Positions 37,801 to 52,800 of a stretch of 64,000 nucleotides of DNA are shown here, piece by piece. The first letter of the stretch is position 1, and each line of letters starts with the position of its first letter. The position numbers were made by a program, and so were the translations under genes. The notes below the pieces were generated by a model that did no database searches, was not told the origin of the DNA, and worked only from the letters and a program-made list of their open reading frames with translations. The stretch covers positions 13,060,784 through 13,124,783 of the forward strand of contig CM121341.1 in the NCBI GenBank assembly GCA_051530055.1, written 5' to 3'. The stretch comes from Neoechinorhynchus agilis. Its lineage: Eukaryota > Animalia > Acanthocephala.

Positions 37801-40800
37801 AACTTATACATCAAATCATTCGTTTCGACCCGAATAGTTTATTGGTGGAACAAGAATCCACAATTTGACCACTATAATATATTTTAAATGTTTGTACTTT
37901 TGTTAAAAAGGAGTAAAAATTCACTCAAACCCGCGTCTTTTTGGTAGTGAAACGTTCAATGTAGCGAAAAAACTAGAGATTTTTCATAGTCGTCACTTTA
38001 TCGCTCACAAATTCGCTACAAATTGAATCGACGGCGGTCGAAATCGTGACGTCGCGAATGCAAACTTATACATCAAATCATTCGTTTCGACCAATTTATT
38101 GGTGAACAAGAATCCACAATTTGACCACTATAATATATTTTAAATGTTTGTACTTTTGTTAAATAGGAGTAAAAATTCACTCAAACCCGAGTCTTTTTTG
38201 TAGTGAAACGTTCAATTTAACGAAAAAACGAGAGATTCTTCATGGTTGTCACTTTATCGCCCACAAATTCGCTTCAAATTGAATCGACGGCGATCGAAAT
38301 CGTGACGTCGCGAATGCAAACTTATACATCAAATCATTCGTTTGGATCTTAATAGTTTATTAGTGGAACAAGAATCCACAATTTGATCCCTATAATATAT
38401 TTTAAATATTTGTACTTTTGTTAAAAAGGAGCAAAAATTCACTCAAACCCGCGTCTTTTTGGTAGTTAAACGTTCAATGTAGCGAAAAAACTAGAGATTT
38501 TTCATAGTTGTCACTTCAGCGCCCACAAATTCGCTTCAAATTGAATCGGCGGCGGTCGAAATCGTGACGTCGCGAATGCAAACTTATACATCAAATCATT
38601 CGTTTGGATCTTAATAGTCTATTAGTGGAACAAGAATCCACAATTTGATCCCTATAATATATTTTAAATGTTTGTACTTTTGTTAAAAAGGAGTAAAAAT
38701 TCACTCAAACCCGCGTCTTTTTGGTAGTTAAACGTTCAATGTTGCGAAAAACTAGAGATTTTTCATAGTCGTCACTTTATCACCCACAAATTCGCATCAA
38801 ATTAAATCGACGGCGGCCGAAATCGTGACATCGCGAAAGCAAACTTATGCATCAAATCATTCGTTTCGACCTGAATGGTTTATTAGTAGAACAAAAATCC
38901 ACAATTTGACCACTGTAATGTATTTTAAATGTTTGTACTTTTATTAAAAAGAAGTAAAAATTCACTCAAATTTTGGTAGTGAAACGTTCAATGTCGAAAA
39001 AACGTTTTTCATAGTCGTCACTTTATCGCCCACAAATTCGCTTCAAATTGAATCGACGGCGGTCGAAATCGTGACGTCGCGAATGCAAACTTATACATCA
39101 AATCATTTGTTTGGATCTGAATAGTTTATTAGTGGAACAAGAATCCACAATTTGACCACAATAATATATTTTAAATGTTTGTACTTTTGTTAAAAAGGAG
39201 TAAAAATTCACTCAAACCCGCGTCTTTTTGGTAGTAAAACGTTCAATGTAACGAAAAAACAATAGATTTTTCATAGTCGTCACTTTATCGCCCACAAATT
39301 CGCTTCAAATTGATTCGACGGCGATCGAAATCGTGACGTCGCGAATGCAAACTTATACATCAAATCATTCGTTTGGATCTGAATAGTTTATTAGTGGAAC
39401 AAGAATCCACAATTTGACCACTATAATATATTTTAAATGTTTGTACTTTTGTTAAAAAGGAGAAAAATTCACTCAAACCCGCGTCGTTTTGGTAGTGAAA
39501 CGTTCAATGTAACGAAAAAACAGAGATTTTTCATAGTCGTCACTTTATCGCCGACAAATTCGCTTCAAATTGAATCGACGGCGGTCGAAATCGTGACGTT
39601 GCGAATGCAAACTTATACATCAAATCATTCGTTTCGACCTGAATTGTTTATTAGTAGAACAAGAATCTACAATTTGATCCCTATAATATATTTTAAATAT
39701 TTGTACTTTTGTAAAAAAGGAGTAAAAATTCACTCAAACCCGCGTCTTTTTTGTAGTGAAACGTTCAATGTAGCGAAAAAACTAGAGATTTTTCATAGTC
39801 GTCACTTTATCGCCCACAAATTCGCTTCAAATTGAATCGACGGCGGTCGAAATCGTGACGTCGCGAATGCAAACTTATACATCAAATCATTCGTTTCGAC
39901 CCGAATAGTTTATTGGTGGAACAAGAATCCACAATTTGACCACTATAATATATTTTAAATGTTTGTACTTTTGTTAAAAAGGAGTAAAAATTCACTCAAA
40001 CCCGAGTCTTTTTTGTAGTTAAACGTTCAATGTTGCGAAAAAACTAGAGATTTTTCATAGTTGTCACTTTATCGCCCACAAATTCGCTTCAAATTGAATC
40101 GACGGCGATCGAAATCGTGACGTCGCGAATGCAAACTTATACATCAAATCATTCGTTTGGATCTGAATAGTTTATTAGTGGAACAAGAATCCACAATTTG
40201 ACCACTATAATATATTTTAAATGTTTGTACTTTTATTTAAAAGGAGAATAAATTCAGTCAAACCAGCGTCGTTTTGGTAGTGAAACGTTCAATGTTGCGA
40301 AAAAACTAGAGATTTTTCATAGTCGTCGCTTTATCACCCACAAATTCGCTTCAAATTGATTCGACGGCGATCGAAATCGTGACGTCGCGAATGCAAACTT
40401 ATACATCAAATCATTCGTTTCGACCTGAATAGTTTATTGGTGGAACAAGAATCCACAATTTTACCACTATAATATATTTTAAATGTTTGTACTTTTTTTA
40501 AAAAGGCGTAAAAATTCACTCAAACCCGAGTCTTTTTTGTAGTTAAACGTTCAATGTTGCGAAAAAACTAGAGATTTTTCACAGTCGTCACTTTATCGCC
40601 CACAAATTCGCTTCAAATTGAATCGACGGCGGTCGAAATCGTGACGTCGCGAATGCAAACTTATAAATCGAATCATTCGTTTCGACCTGAATAGTTTATT
40701 AGCAGAACAAGAATCCACAATTTGATCACTATAATATATTTTAAATGTTTTTACTTTTATTTAAAAGGAGAATAAATTCAGTCAAACCAGCGTCGTTTTG

Positions 40801-43800
40801 GTAGTGAAACGTTCAATGTTGCGAAAAAACTAGAGATTTTTCATAGTCGTCGCTTTATCACCCACAAATTCGCTTCAAATTGATTCGACGGCGATCGAAA
40901 TCGTGACGTCGCGAATGCAAACTTATACATCAAATCATTCGTTTGGATCTGAATAGTTTATTAGTGGAACAAGAATCCACAATTTGACCACTATAATATA
41001 TTTTAAATGTTTGTACTTTTGTTAAAAAGGAGTAAAAATTCACTCAAACCCGCGTCGTTTTGGTAGTGAAAAGTTCAATGTAACGAAAAAACCAGAGATT
41101 TTTCACAGTCGTCACTTTATCGCCGACAAATTCGCTTCAAATTGAATCGACGGCGGTCGAAATCGTGACGTTGCGAATGCAAACTTATACATCAAATCAT
41201 TCGTTTCGACCTGAATAGTTTATTAGTAGAACAAGAATCCACAATTTGATCCCTATAATATATTTTAAAGATTTGTACTTTTGTTAAAAAGGAGTAAAAA
41301 TTCACTCAAACCCGCGTCTTTTTGGTAGTTAAACGTTCAATGTTGCGAATAAACTAGAGATTTTTCATAGTCATCACTTTATCACCCACAAATTCGCTTA
41401 AAATTAAATCGACGGCGGCCGAAATCGAGACGTCGCGAAAGCAAACTTATGCATCAAATCATTCGTTTCGACCTGAATGGTTTATTAGTAGAACAAAAAT
41501 CCACAATTTGACCACTGTAATGTATTTTAAATGTTTGTACTTTTATTAAAAAGAAGTAAACATTCACTCAAACCCGCGTCGTTTTGGTAGTGAAACGTTC
41601 AATGTAACGAAAAAACGAGATTTTTCATAGTCGTCAGTTTATCGCCCTCAAATTCGCTTCAAATTAAATCGACGGCGGTCGAAATCGTGACGTCGCGAAT
41701 GCAAACTTATACATCAAATCATTCGTTTCGACCTGAATAGTTAATTGGTGGAACAGGAATCCACAATTTGACCACTATAATATATTTTAAATGTTTGTAC
41801 TTTTGTTAAAGAGGCGTAAAAATTCACTCAAACCCGAGTCTTTTTGGTAGTTAAACGTTCAATGTAGCGAAAAAACTAGAGATTTTTCATAGTTGTCACT
41901 TTAGCGCCCACAAATTCGCTTCAAATTGAATCGACGGCGGTCGAAATCGTGACGTCGCGAATGCAAACTTATACATCAAATCATTCGTTTCGACCTGAAT
42001 AGTTTATTAGTAGAACAAGAATCCACAATTTGACTACTATAATATATTTTAAATGTTTGTACTTTTGTTAAAAAGGAGTAAAAATTCACTCAAACCCGCG
42101 TCGTTTTGGTAGTGAAACGTTCAATATAACGAAAAAACTAGAGATTTTTCATAGTCGTCACTTTATCGCCAACAAATTCGCTTCAAATTGAATCGACGGC
42201 GGTCGAAATCGTGTCGTCGCGAATGCAAACTTATACATCAAATCATTCGTTTCGACCTGAATGGTTTATTAGTAGAACAAGAATCCACAATTTGACCACT
42301 ATAATATATTTTTAATGTTTGTACTTTTTTTAAAAAGGCGTAAAAATTCACTCAAACCCGAGTCTTTTTGGTAGTTAAACGTTCAATGTTGCGAAAAAAC
42401 TAGAGATTTTTCATAGTCGTCACTTTATCACCCACAAATTCGCTTCAAATTGAATCGACGGCGATCGAAATCGTGACGTCGCGAATGCAAACTTATACAT
42501 CAAATCATTCGTTTGGATCTTAATAGTTTATTAGTGGAACAAGAATCCACAATTTGATCCCTATAATATATTTTAAATATTTGTACTTTTGTTAAAAAGG
42601 AGCAAAAATTCACTCAAACCCGCGTCTTTTTGGTAGTTAAACGTTCAATGTAGCGAAAAAACTAGAGATTTTTCATAGTTGTCACTTCAGCGCCCACAAA
42701 TTCGCTTCAAATTGAATCGGCGGCGGTCGAAATCGTGACGTCGCGAATGCAAACTTATACATCAAATCATTCGTTTGGATCTTAATAGTCTATTAGTGGA
42801 ACAAGAATCCACAATTTGATCCCTATAATATATTTTAAATGTTTGTACTTTTGTTAAAAAGGTAAAAATTCACTCAAACCCGCGTCTTTTTGGTAGTTAA
42901 ACGTTCAATGTTGCGAAAAAACTAGAGATTTTTCATAGTCGTCACTTTATCACCCACAAATTCGCATCAAATTAAATCGACGGCGGCCGAAATCGTGACA
43001 TCGCGAAAGCAAACTTATGCATCAAATCATTCGTTTCGACCTGTATGGTTTAATAGTAGAACAAGAATCCACAATTTGACCACTGTAATGTATTTTAAAT
43101 GTTTGTACTTTTATTAAAAAGAAGTAAAAATTCACTCAAACCCGCGTCGTTTTGGTAGTGAAACGTTCAATGTCACGAAAAAACGAGAGATTTTTCATAG
43201 TCGTCACTTTATCGCCCACAAATTCGCTTCAAATTGAATCGACGGCGGTCGAAATCGTGACGTCGCGAATGCAAACTTATACATCAAATCATTTGTTTGG
43301 ATCTGAATAGTTTATTAGTGGAACAAGAATCCACAATTTGATCCCAATATATTTTAAATGTTTGTACTTTTGTTAAAAAGGCGTAAAAATTCACTCAAAC
43401 CCGAGTCTTTTTGGTAGTTAAGCGTTCAATGTTGCGAAAAAACTAGAGATTTTTCACAGTCGTCACTTTATCGCCCACAAATTCGCTTCAAATTGAATCG
43501 ACGGCGGTCGAAATCGTGACGTCGCGAATGCAAACTTATACATCAAATCATTCGTTTGGATCTGAATAGTTTATTAGTGGAACAAGAATCCACAATTTGA
43601 CCACTTTAATATATTTTAAATGTTTGTACTTTTGTTAAAAAGTAGTAAAAATTCACTAAAACCCGCGTCTTTTTGGTAGTGAAACGTTCAATGTAACGAA
43701 AAAACCAGAGATTTTTCACAGTCGTCACTTTATCGCCGACAAATTCGCTTCAAATTGAATCGACGGCGGTCGAAATCGTGACGTTGCGAATGCAAACTTA

Positions 43801-46800
43801 TACATCAAATCATTCGTTTCGACCTGAATTGTTTATTAGTAGAACAAGAATCTACAATTTGATCCCTATAATATATTTTAAATATTTGTACTTTTGTAAA
43901 AAAGGAGTAAAAATTCACTCAAACCCACGTCTTTTTTGTAGTGAAACGTTCAATGTAGCGAAAAAACTAGAGATTTTTCATAGTCGTCACTTTATCGCCC
44001 ACAAATTCGCTTCAAATTGAATCGACGGCGGTCGAAATCGTGACGTCGCGAATGCAAACTTATACATCAAATCATTCGTTTCGACCCGAATAGTTTATTG
44101 GTGGAACAAGAATCCACAATTTGACCACTATAATATATTTTAAATGTTTGTACTTTTGTTAAAAAGGTGTAAAAATTCACTCAAACCCGCGTCTTTTTGG
44201 TAGTGAAACGTTCAATGTAGCGAAAAAACTAGAGATTTTTCATAGTCGTCACTTTATCGCCCACAAATTCGCTTCAAATTGAATCGACGGCGGTCGAAAT
44301 CGTGACGTCGCGAATGCAAACTTATACATCAAATCATTCGTTTCGACCCGAATAGTTTATTGGTGGAACAAGAATCCACAATTTGACCACTATAATATAT
44401 TTTAAATGTTTGTACTTTTGTTAAAAAGGAGTAAAAATTCACTCAAACCCGCGTCTTTTTGGTAGTTAAACGTTCAATGTAGCGAAAAAACTAGAGATTT
44501 TTCATAGTCGTCACTTTATCGCCCACAAATTCGCTTCAAATTGAATCGACGGCGGTCGAAATCGTGACGTCGCGAATGCAAACTTATACATCAAATCATT
44601 CGTTTCGACCTGAATAGTTTATTGGTGGAACAAGAATCCACAATTTGACCACTATAATATATTTTAAATGTTTGTACTTTTGTTAAAAAGTAGTAAAAAT
44701 TCACTCAAACCCGCGTCTTTTTGGTAGTTAAACGTTCAATGTTGCGAAAAAACTAGAGATTTTTCATAGTCGTCACTTTATCACCCACAAATTCGCTTCA
44801 AATTAAATCGACGGCGGCCGAAATCGTGACGTCGCGAATGCAAACTTATACATCAAATCATTCGTTTGGATCTGAATAGTTTATTAGTGGAACAAGAATC
44901 CACAATTTGACCACTATAATATATTTTAAATGTTTGTACTTTTGTTAAAAAGGAGTAAAAATTCACTCAAACCCGCGTCTTTTTGGTAGTTAAACGTTCA
45001 ATGTTGCGAAAAAACTAGAGATTTTTCATAGTCGTCACTTTATCACCCACAAATTCGCTTCAAATTGAATCGACGGCGGTCGAAATCGTGACGTCGCGAA
45101 TGCAAACTTATACATCAAATCATTCGTTTCGACCTGAATAGTTTATTAGTGGAACAAGAATCCACAATTTGACCACTATAATATATTTTAAATGTTTGTA
45201 CTTTTGTTAAAAGGAGTAAAATTCACTCAAACCCGCGTCGTTTTGGTAGTAAACGTTCAATGTTGCGAAAAAACTAGAGATTTTTCAATCGCTATCGCCC
45301 ACAAATTCGCTTCAAATTGAATCGACGGCGGTCGAAATCGTTACGTCGCGAATGCAAACTTATAAATCGAATCATTCGTTTCGACCATAGTTTATTAGCA
45401 GAACAAGAATCCACAATTTGATCACTATAATATATTTTAAATGTTTTTACTTTTATTTAAAAGGAGAATAAATTCAGTCAAACCAGCGTCGTTTTGGTAG
45501 TGAAACGTTCAATGTTGCGAAAAAACTAGAGATTTTTCATAGTCGTCGCTTTATCACCCACAAATTCGCTTCAAATTGATTCGACGGCGATCGAAATCGT
45601 GACGTCGCGAATGCAAACTTATACATCAAATCATTCGTTTGGATCTGAATAGTTTATTAGTGGAACAAGAATCCACAATTTGACCACTATAATATATTTT
45701 AAATGTTTGTACTTTTGTTAAAAAGGAGTAAAAATTCACTCAAACCCGCGTCGTTTTGGTAGTGAAAAGTTCAATGTAACGAAAAAACCAGAGATTTTTC
45801 ACAGTCGTCACTTTATCGCCGACAAATTCGTTCAAATTGAATAGACGGCGGTCGAAATCGTGACGTTGCGAATGCAAACTTAACATCAAATCATTCGTTT
45901 CGACCTGAATGGTTTATTAGTAGAACAAGAATCCACAATTTGACCACTATAATATATTTTAAATGTTTGTACTTTTTTTAAAAAGGCGTAAAAATTCACT
46001 CAAACCCGAGTCTTTTTGGTAGTTAAACGTTCAATGTTGCGAAAAAACTAGAGATTTTTCATAGTCGTCACTTTATCACCCACAAATTCGCTTCAAATTA
46101 AATCGACGGCGGCCGAAATCGTGACGTCGCGAATGCAAACTTATACATCAAATCATTCGTTTCGACCTGAATAGTTTATTGGTGGAACAGGAATCCACAA
46201 TTTGACCACTATAATATATTTTAAATGTTTGTACTTTTGTTAAAGAGGCGTAAAAATTCACTCAAACCCGAGTCTTTTTGGTAGTTAAACGTTCAATGTA
46301 GCGAAAAAACTAGAGATTTTTCATAGTTGTCACTTTAGCGCCCACAAATTCGCTTCAAATTGAATCGACGGCGGTCGAAATCGTGACGTCGCGAATGCAA
46401 ACTTATACATCAAATCATTCGTTTCGACCTGAATAGTTTATTAGTAGAACAAGAATCCACAATTTGACCACTATAATATATTTTAAATGTTTGTACTTTT
46501 GTTAAAAAGGAGTAAAAATTCACTCAAACCCGCGTCGTTTTGGTAGTGAAACGTTCAATGTAACGAAAAAACGAGATTTTTCATAGTCGTCACTTTATCG
46601 CCAACAAATTCGCTTCAAATTGAATCGACGGCGGTCGAAATCGTGTCGTCGCGAATGCAAACTTATACATCAAATCATTCGTTTCGACCTGAATGGTTTA
46701 TTAGTAGAACAAGAATCCACAATTTGACCACTATAATATATTTTTAATGTTTGTACTTTTTTTAAAAAGGCGTAAAAATTCACTCAAACCCGAGTCTTTT

Positions 46801-49800
46801 TGGTAGTTAAACGTTCAATGTTGCGAAAAAACTAGAGATTTTTCATAGTCGTCACTTTATCACCCACAAATTCGCTTCAAATTAAATCGACGGCGGCCGA
46901 AATCGTGACGTCGCGAAAGCAAACTTATGCATCAAATCATTCGTTTCGACCTGAATGGTTTATTAGTGAACAAGAATCCACAATTTGACCACTATAATAT
47001 ATTTTAAATGTTTGTACTTTTGTTAAAAAGGAGTAAAAATTCACTCAAACCCGCGTCTTTTTGGTAGTGAAACGTTCAATGTAGCGAAAAAACTAGAGAT
47101 TTTTCATAGTCGTCACTTTATCGCCCACAAATTCGCTTCAAATTGAATCGACGGCGGTCGAAATCGTGACGTCGCGAATGCAAACTTATACATCAAATCA
47201 TTCGTTTCGACCTGAATTGTTTATTAGTAGAACAAGAATCCACAATTTGACCACTATAATATATTTTAAATGTTTGTACTTTTGTTAAAAAGGAGTAAAA
47301 ATTCACTCAAACCCGCGTCGTTTTGGTAGTGAAACGTTCAATGTAGCGAAAAACTAGAGATTTTTCATAGTTGTCACTTTAGCGCCCACAAATTCGCTTC
47401 AAATTGAATCGACGGCGGTCGAAATCGTGACGTCGCGAATGCAAACTTATACATCAAATCATTCGTTTCGACCCGAATTGTTTATTTGTGGAACAAGAAT
47501 CCACAATTTGACCACTATAATATATTTTAAATGTTTGTACTTTTGTTAAAAAGGAGTAAAAATTCACTCAAACCCGAGTCTTTTTGGTAGTGAAACGTTC
47601 AATGTTACGAAAAAACGAGATTTTTCATAGTTGTCACCTTAGCGCCCACAAATTCGCTTCAAATTGAATCGACGGCGGTCGAAATCGAGACGTCGCGAAT
47701 GCAAACTTATACATCAAATCATTCGTTTCGACCTGAATAGTTTATTAGTAGAACAAGAATCCACAATTTGACCACTATAATATATTTTAAATGTTTGTAC
47801 TTTTGTTAAAAAGGTGTAAAAATTCACTCAAACCCGCGCCGTTTTGGTAGTGAAACGTTCAATGTAACGAAAAAACGAGATTTTTCATAGTCGTCACTTT
47901 ATCGCCCACAAATTTGCTTCGAATTGAATCGACGGCGGTCGAAATCGTGACGTCGCGAATGCAAACTTATACATCAAATCATTCGTTTCGAACCGAATAG
48001 TTTATTGGTGGAACAAGAATCCACAATTTGACCACTATAATATATTTTAAATGTTTGTACTTTTGCTAAAAAGGCGTAAAAATTCACTCAAACCCGAGTC
48101 TTTTTGGTAGTTAAACGTTCAATGTTGCGAAAAAACTAGAGATTTTTCATAGTCGTCACTTTATCACCCACAAATTCGCTTCAAATTGATTCGACGGCGA
48201 TCGAAATCGTGACGTCGCGAAAGCAAACTTATGCATTAAATCATTCGTTTCGACCTGAATGGTTTATTAGTAGAACAAGAATCCACAATTTGACCACTAT
48301 AATATATTTTAAATGTTTGTACTTTTATTAAAATGAAGTAAAAATTCACTCAAACCCGCGTCGTTTTGGTAGTGAAACGTTCAATCTAACGAAAAAACGA
48401 GAGATTTTTCATAGTCGTCACTTTATCGCCCACAAATTCGCTTCAAATTGATTCGACGGCGGTCGAAATCGTGACGTCGCGAATGCAAACTTATACATCA
48501 AATCATTCATTTGGATCTGAATCGTTTATTAGCAGAACAAGAATCCACAATTTGATCACTATAATATATTTTAAATGTTTTTACTTTTATTTAAAAGGAG
48601 AATAAATTCAGTCAAACCAGCGTCGTTTTGGTAGTGAAACGTTCAATGTTGCGAAAAAACTAGAGATTTTTCATAGTCTTCGCTTTATCACCCACAAATT
48701 CGCTTCAAATTGATTCGACGGCGATCGAAATCGTGACGTCGCGAATGCAAACTTATACATCAAATCATTGGTTTGGATCTGAGTTGTTTATTAGTGGAAC
48801 AATAATCCACAATTTGACCACTATAATATATTTTAAATGTTTGTACTTTTGTTAAAAAGGAGTAAAAATTCACTCAAACCCGCGTCTTTTTGGTAGTTAA
48901 ACGTTCAATGTTGCGAAAAAACTAGAGATTTTTCATAGTCGTCACTTTATCACCCACAAATTCGCTTCAAATTGAATCGACGGCGGTCGAAATCGTGACG
49001 TCGCGAATGCAAACTTATACATCAAATCATTCGTTTCGACCTGAATAGTTTATTAGTAGAACAAGAATCCACAATTTGACCACTATAATATATTTTAAAT
49101 GTTTGTACTTTTTTTAAAAAGGCGTAAAAATTCACTCAAACCCGAGTCTTTTTGGTAGTTAAACGTTCAATGTTGCGAAAAAACTAGAGATTTTTCATAG
49201 TCGTCACTTTATCACCCACAAATTCGCTTCAAATTAAATCGACGGCGGCCGAAATCGTGACGTAGCGAAAGCAAACTTATGAATCAAATCATTCGTTTCG
49301 ACCTGAATGGTTTATTAGTAGAACAAGAATCCACAATTTGACCACTATAATATATTTTAAATGTTTGTACTTTTGTTAAAAAGGAGTAAAAATTCACTCA
49401 AACCCGCGTCTTTTTGGTAGTGAAACGTTCAATGTAGCGAAAAAACTAGAGATTTTTCATAGTCGTCACTTTATCGCCCACAAATTCGCTTCAAATTGAA
49501 TCGACGGCGGTCGAAATCGTGACGTCGCGAATGCAAACTTATACATCAAATCATTCGTTTCGACCCGAATTGTTTAATAGTAGAACAAGAATCCACAATT
49601 TGACCACTATAATAAATTTTAAATGTTTGTACTTTTGTTAAAAATGAGTAAAAATTCACTCAAACCCGCGTCGTTTTGGTAGTGAAACGTTCAATGTAGC
49701 GAAAAAACTAGAGATTTTTCATAGTTGTCACTTTAGCGCCCACAAATTCGCTTCAAATTGAATCGACGGCGGTCGAAATCGTGACGTCGCGCATGCAAAC

Positions 49801-52800
49801 TTATACATCAAATCATTCGTTTCGACCCGAATTGTTTATTTTTGGAACAAGAATCCACAATTTGACCACTATAATATATTTTAAATGTTTGTACTTTTGT
49901 TAAAAAGGAGTAAAAATTCACTCAAACCCGCGTCTTTTTGGTAGTTAAACGTTCAATGTAGCGAAAAAACTAGAGATTTTTCATAGTTGTCACTTTAGCG
50001 CCCACAAATTCGCTTCAAATTGAATCGACGGCGGTCGAAATCGTGACGTCGCGCATGCAAACTTATACATCAAATCATTCGTTTCGACCTGAATAGTTTA
50101 TTGGTGGAACAAGAATCCACAATTTGACCACTATAATATATTTTAAATGTTTGTACTTTTGTTAAAAAGGAGTAAAAATTCACTCAAACCCGCGTCTTTT
50201 TGGTAGTTAAACGTTCAATGTTGCGAATAAACTAGAGATTTTTCATAGTCGTCACTTTATCACCCACAAATTCGCTTAAAATTAAATCGACGGCGGCCGA
50301 AATCGAGACGTCGCGAAAGCAAACTTATGCATCAAATCATTCGTTTCGACCTGAATGGTTTATTAGTAGAACAAAAATCCACAATTTGACCACTGTAATG
50401 TATTTTAAATGTTTGTACTTTTATTAAAAAGAAGTAAAAATTCACTCAAACCCGCGTAGTTTTGGTAGTGAAACGTTCAATGTAACGAAAAAACGAGATT
50501 TTTCATAGTCGTCACTTTATCGCCCACAAATTCGCTTCAAATTGAATCGACGGCGGTCGAAATCGTGACGTCGCGAATGCAAACTTATACATCAAATCAT
50601 TCGTTTCGACCTGAATGGTTTATTAGTAGAACAAGAATCCACAATTTGACCACTATAATATATTTTAAATGTTTGTACTTTTATTAAAATGAAGTAAAAA
50701 TTCACTCAAACCCGCGTCGTTTTGGTAGTGAAACGTTCAATCTAACGAAAAAACGAGAGATTTTTCATAGTCGTCACTTTATCGCCCACAAATTCGCTTC
50801 AAATTGATTCGACGGCGGTCGAAATCGTGACGTCGCGAATGCAAACTTATACATCAAATCATTCATTTGGATCTGAATCGTTTATTAGCAGAACAAGAAT
50901 CCACAATTTGATCACTATAATATATTTTAAATGTTTTTACTTTTATTTAAAAGGAGAATAAATTCAGTCAAACCAGCGTCGTTTTGGTAGTGAAACGTTC
51001 AATGTTGCGAAAAAACTAGAGATTTTTCATAGTCTTCGCTTTATCACCCACAAATTCGCTTCAAATTGATTCGACGGCGATCGAAATCGTGACGTCGCGA
51101 ATGCAAACTTATACATCAAATCATTGGTTTGGATCTGAGTTGTTTATTAGTGGAACAATAATCCACAATTTGACCACTATGATATATTTTAAATGTTTGT
51201 ACTTTTGTTAAAAAGGAGTAAAAATTCACTCAAACCCGCGTCTTTTTGGTAGTTAAACGTTCAATGTTGCGAAAAAACTAGAGATTTTTCATAGTCGTCA
51301 CTTTATCACCCACAAAGTCGCTTCAAATTTAATCGACGGCGGCCGAAATCGTGACGTCGCGAAAGCAAACTTATGCATCAAATCATTCGTTTCGACCTGA
51401 ATAGTTTATTAGTAGAACAAGAATCCACAATTTGACCACTATAATATATTTTAAATGTTTGTACTTTTGTTAAAAAGGAGTAAAAATTCACTCAAACCCG
51501 CGTCTTTTTGGTAGTTAAACGTTCAATTTAGCGAAAAAACTAGAGATTTTTCATAGTTGTCACTTTAGTGCCCACAAATTCGCTTCAAATTGAATCGACG
51601 GCGGTCGAAATCGTGACGTCGCGAATGCAAACTTATACATCAAATCATTCGTTTCGACCTGAATAGTTTATTAGTAGAACAAGAATCCACAATTTGACCA
51701 CTATAATATATTTTAAATGTTTGTACTTTTGTTAAAAAGGAGTAAAAATTCACTCAAACCCGCGTCGTTTTGGTAGTGAAACGTTCAATGTAACGAAAAA
51801 ACGAGATTTTTCATAGTCGTCACTTTATCGCCCACAAATTCGCTTCAAATTGATTCGACGGCGGTCGAAATCGTGACGTCGCGAATGCAAACTTATACAT
51901 CAAATCATTCATTTGAATCTGAATCGTTTATTAGCAGAACAAGAATCCACAATTTGATCACTATAATATATTTTAAATGTTTTTACTTTTATTTAAAAGG
52001 AGAATAAATTCAGTCAAACCAGCGTCGTTTTGGTAGTGAAACGTTCAATGTTGCGAAAAAACTAGAGATTTTTCATAGTCGTCACTTTATCACCCACAAA
52101 TTCGCTTCAAATTGATTCGACGGCGATCGAAATCGTGACGTCGCGAATGCAAACTTATACATCAAATCATTCGTTTCGACCTGAATAGTTTATTGGTGGA
52201 ACAAGAATCCACAATTTGACCACTATAATATATTTTAAATGTTTGTACTTTTGTTAAAAAGGAGTAAAAATTCACTAAAACCCGCGTCGTTTTGGTAGTG
52301 AAACGTTCAATGTAACGAAAAAACCAGTGATTTTTCACAGTCGTCAGTTTATCGCCGACAAATTCGATTCAAATTGAATGGACGGCGGTCGAAATCGTGA
52401 CGTTGTGAATGCAAACTTATTCTTCAAATCATTCGTTTCGACCTGAATAGTTTATTGGTGGAACAAGAATCCACAATTTGACCACTATAATATATTTTAA
52501 ATGTTTGTACTTTTGTTAAAAAGGAGTATAAATTCACTAAAAACCGCGTCATTTTGGTAGTGAAACGTTCAATGTAACGAAAAAAGGACAGATTTTTCAT
52601 AGTCGTCACTTTATCGCCCACAAATTCGCTTCAAATTGATTCGACGGCGATCGAAATCGTGACGTCGCGAATGCAAACTTATACATCAAATCATTCGTTT
52701 GGATCTGAATCGTTTATTAGCAGAACAAGAATCCACAATTTGATCACTATAATATATTTTAAATGTTTTTACTTTTATTTAAAAGGAGAATAAATTCAGT

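Noticed and set aside
38080-45300. Monomers with clustered small deletions (e.g. ~38090, ~38970-39005, ~45230-45295) as a distinct subfamily
   Set aside because: The deletions concentrate in homopolymers and are not repeated elsewhere, which is more consistent with long-read consensus errors.
16897-52621. About a dozen 61-132-aa ORFs inside the array (e.g. 19413, 22641, 28840, 37522, 39437, 43778, 52424)
   Set aside because: They are chance translations of satellite monomers that open or close with single-base variants; no protein-like features.
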